IMG/VR virus record: IMGVR_UViG_3300017971_000007
Strand: one strand, 5' to 3'
Length of the DNA: 64,000 bases
From: a virus
Shown: positions 61,790 through 64,000 of the stretch, piece by piece
How positions within the stretch are numbered: position 1 is the stretch's first letter
How the letters are laid out: each line of letters begins with the position of its first letter
The notes under the pieces: generated by a model
The model's database searches: none
Told to the model about the DNA's origin: nothing
The model's input: only the letters and a program-made list of their open reading frames with translations
Made by a program: the position numbers and the translations under genes

Positions 61790-62911
61790 TTATTGCTTAT
61801 TCTTGGAATCTGAGAGGGAGGTCAAGATATGTGAAGTATTCGGATTTAGCACGTACTCTCTCAGCAGAACAAAATTGTAGAATTCCAAAGTTACTCTCGC
61901 TACGTTGACGACGATTTCTCCGTCAGGGATTCCGCTGCTATAACAGGTTCTGCATCCTTTTACGTAGGAGATGACCTCCACCGCAGCATCTCCGTGATTA
62001 AACAGTTTCCGTATTCGTTTAAGAGTTCCGAACTCCTCACTCGTTATTCCACGTCTAGTACCTTCAAACTCGCATATTTCCACGTCACCGTATCCTCCAC
62101 CACCACATCCACAACTAACAGGTCTTATAAACTGTTTTCCGCGAAATACAGTGAAGTCGTGACCAAAGAACTCAAATACTCTCTCTGTGACTTTCGCGAG
62201 TAATTCCTTTTCCGGGAGTAGGTTCTCCTTGTACCTTTCCATGAGCTCTGGAAGATTATCAGACATCCATTTTCTGAATCCGGCCTCAATTTCTTCCTGT
62301 TCTTGTTTTTCTTTAGCCCTTTGCTCGTCATACTGCAGATTCAATTTCTTTTTCAGTTCCGCTGACTCTTCTAGAGCCTTCTTTTCCAGCGGAGCGTTGT
62401 GGGTGTTAACGATGTTCTTGGCATCCATAATCATTCTCTGAACCCGTGGGTCATCGTGCAGAGGAAATGGGATGGAGTTTTGTGCCACTCTCAGGCCGTT
62501 GTATGACACTAATATTCCGCCAAAATGCGGGTCTGCCGTAACGGATATCGAAGATTCATGAATGATATTTTTAGTACCTTTATTTAAGTACTTTAGAATC
62601 ATCTTCTCTCTCTCATCCTCCTTTATCCGTACTTCCTCTACTCTCTCCTCCAGCCATTTCTTGAGCCCACTTAAATCGTCGAAACAACCTACTAGAACTG
62701 GAACATGCTTCGTTTTTGTTTTGTGCCCGTTTTTGGAATCTTGACTCACGACGTCTACGGCTTTGACATACGATGCCAGGCAATCGGCCTCATCTTCGGA
62801 CAATGAGTTCAGCCATTCCTTGGTCATGTGGATATCTACCAGCCCGTTTGCCGGTACTATTATTCTCTGTTTTATGGCTTCTTTCGTGTCCACTTTCACT
62901 CTTGCGAACAT
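61790..62911 (-). CDS. Hypothetical protein (373 aa) with coiled coil and C-terminal Cys motifs
   Basis: GAGG RBS; lies downstream of a promoter motif. Confidence 0.65.
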   Translation of the reverse strand: MFARVKVDTKEAIKQRIIVPANGLVDIHMTKEWLNSLSEDEADCLASYVKAVDVVSQDSKNGHKTKTKHVPVLVGCFDDLSGLKKWLEERVEEVRIKEDEREKMILKYLNKGTKNIIHESSISVTADPHFGGILVSYNGLRVAQNSIPFPLHDDPRVQRMIMDAKNIVNTHNAPLEKKALEESAELKKKLNLQYDEQRAKEKQEQEEIEAGFRKWMSDNLPELMERYKENLLPEKELLAKVTERVFEFFGHDFTVFRGKQFIRPVSCGCGGGGYGDVEICEFEGTRRGITSEEFGTLKRIRKLFNHGDAAVEVISYVKGCRTCYSSGIPDGEIVVNVARVTLEFYNFVLLREYVLNPNTSHILTSLSDSKNKQ

Positions 62912-62986
62912 TTCTCTTCCTCTCTTGTTTGGGTTTACAAGCTATATAAAAATTCTAGTCTATGGAGTTATTGACTATGATTATTT

Positions 62987-63016
62987 GTCTTATACCGACA
63001 GGAATCGGATTTTTTG
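62987..63016 (-). promoter_or_regulatory. Phage promoter-like motif
   Basis: Minus strand caaaaaat-N12-GGTATAAGac. Confidence 0.6.
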
Positions 63017-63045
63017 ATTATGATTCGTCTTTTTTTCTCCATATC

Positions 63046-63762
63046 TCATCTTTTTTCGGCGTTCTCTCTCCTTCGAAGTCCCTTTAGGATATTCACTACA
63101 ATGACCGGGATAGTGAACTTCGGGGGGGTCTCATTTGTCATTACCAGAAGATTCTTTTTGGTAAGGTTGTTTAGTATTACCTTAGCCCACGAACATGATC
63201 TCTCGGTCAGTGACCTCTCATGTTCCGTGAGCTTGGAACTTGGGCACATCTTCAAGTACAGCGCATCCCCGACTTCTTCCTTAGTTACAGATAACTCAGA
63301 CTCTGCCACATATCTCAATACAGCGGCTTGTCTGGGATTTAGTTTGTCTATCTTATTCTGGAATTGTATTCGTTCTCTTTCGACAACTTCATTTAAAGGC
63401 ATTCTCTCTTCCTTAGGTATAAAATCAAGCACTACCGCATCCTTCTCTTGTATTACCTTCTCGCTGGGGAATATCAGCTGAACGTTTTTCCCTTTCTCAT
63501 CCACTATCCTTTCTCGATTGAGGATATATTTCGAGGCCATGGATTTCATGATCAATAGCTTGTGAATTAGCTCTCTCCTAACAAATACAAGTGCGTCGTC
63601 TATGTCCTCAAAAAATTCTTCCGGTTCCAGTTTTATCGTATTTGGTACTCCCGGTATCTCTAACTCATTTACTAGCAGCACACTCCCGTCATTAAATCGC
63701 CGCTCAACATACGCAGCGATAATTCCAGTTTTCTCCCACCAGGCTGTGATAAATACGGTCAT
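63046..63762 (-). CDS. Paralog-family N-terminal domain fused to a C-terminal winged helix
   Basis: VFITAWWEKTGII...FFEDIDDAL; LNPRQAAVLRY...KEEVGDAL...WAKVILNNLTKKNLL. Confidence 0.55.
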   Translation of the reverse strand: MTVFITAWWEKTGIIAAYVERRFNDGSVLLVNELEIPGVPNTIKLEPEEFFEDIDDALVFVRRELIHKLLIMKSMASKYILNRERIVDEKGKNVQLIFPSEKVIQEKDAVVLDFIPKEERMPLNEVVERERIQFQNKIDKLNPRQAAVLRYVAESELSVTKEEVGDALYLKMCPSSKLTEHERSLTERSCSWAKVILNNLTKKNLLVMTNETPPKFTIPVIVVNILKGLRRRENAEKR

Positions 63763-64000
63763 CCCTTTGTTCCCATGAATAAGAATTTCGGTTTCATATC
63801 TTGAAGAGTCTCTATCTCTTTTCTTAGCTTCTCTATGGATTTTCTCTTAGCAGCGTCCAGAAACTGGTTCAGCTCGTTCTCAGATTCGCAATAATTTTTT
63901 CTTGTCACTCTCTTACACGGACCTAGTTTGTCGTAATTGATTATGTTCGCGACAGAATCCTCTATATAGGCATCGGCGACGATGATTCCTCTGGATTTCC
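63759..64000 (-). CDS. 5'-truncated member of the same paralog family (not in ORF track)
   Basis: KSRGIIVADAY...NYCESENE...AKRKSIEKLRKEIETLQDM*, ATGA-coupled to 63762. Confidence 0.55.
   Translation of the reverse strand, partial: KSRGIIVADAYIEDSVANIINYDKLGPCKRVTRKNYCESENELNQFLDAAKRKSIEKLRKEIETLQDMKPKFLFMGTKG

Larger units (their letters stand above)
50405..64000 (-). other. Co-oriented minus-strand block of short hypothetical (probably early) genes
   Basis: Head-to-tail - strand ORFs with RBSs; + strand ORFs here are shadows. Confidence 0.8.

Noticed and set aside
1-64000. Alternative genetic code (stop codon reassignment), as in some large phages
   Set aside because: Conserved genes (thyA, folA, sheath, Nudix) are intact in code 11, and TAA, TAG and TGA all end well-defined genes
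1-64000. CRISPR array, tRNA/rRNA genes, DGR/retron, integrase or transposase
   Set aside because: No regularly spaced direct repeats, no intergenic tRNA T-loop/cloverleaf with canonical motifs, and no RT, recombinase or DDE motifs recognised by eye; tRNAscan and CRISPR finders could not be run

Overview
A 64-kb, gene-dense segment of a large myovirus-type (probably jumbo) phage genome using the standard genetic code. Layout: (i) 1-10.7 kb, + strand: neck/tail structural operon with an oversized 1243-aa tail sheath, tail tube and several probable head-internal proteins sharing a (F/L)xxL(E/T)K-x-(A/S) motif. (ii) 12.1-13.0 kb: the only long non-coding stretch, packed with inverted repeats (candidate structured RNA and candidate origin). 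It is followed by a sigma70-type promoter and a bacterial-type histone-fold gene carrying an AT-hook tail. (iii) 13.5-21 kb: nucleotide metabolism cluster (tmk, MazG-like, thyA, folA, rnhB, pyrE, dCMP deaminase) plus a Bro-N protein. (iv) 21-50.4 kb, + strand: accessory genes including a displaced tail-assembly-chaperone pair joined by an A_AAA_AAT -1 slippery site, a coiled-coil/beta-barrel outer-membrane protein, lipoproteins, GroES, an amidase endolysin, a matrixin-like protein lacking its zinc ligands and a DHH phosphoesterase. (v) 50.4-64 kb, - strand: small genes (paralog families, wHTH trio, hexapeptide protein, START-domain protein, nucleoside deoxyribosyltransferase-like protein, Nudix hydrolase) converging on a perfect 20-bp-arm bidirectional terminator. 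Across the window there is a recurrent bipartite promoter-like motif (AAAAAT-N11/12-GGTATAAG) and a set of long, perfect intergenic palindromes. The envelope proteins and the histone type suggest a Gram-negative host, possibly Myxococcota/Deltaproteobacteria-like (inference). No tRNA, rRNA, CRISPR array, integrase or transposase was recognised. All family calls come from motif recognition by eye, not database searches.
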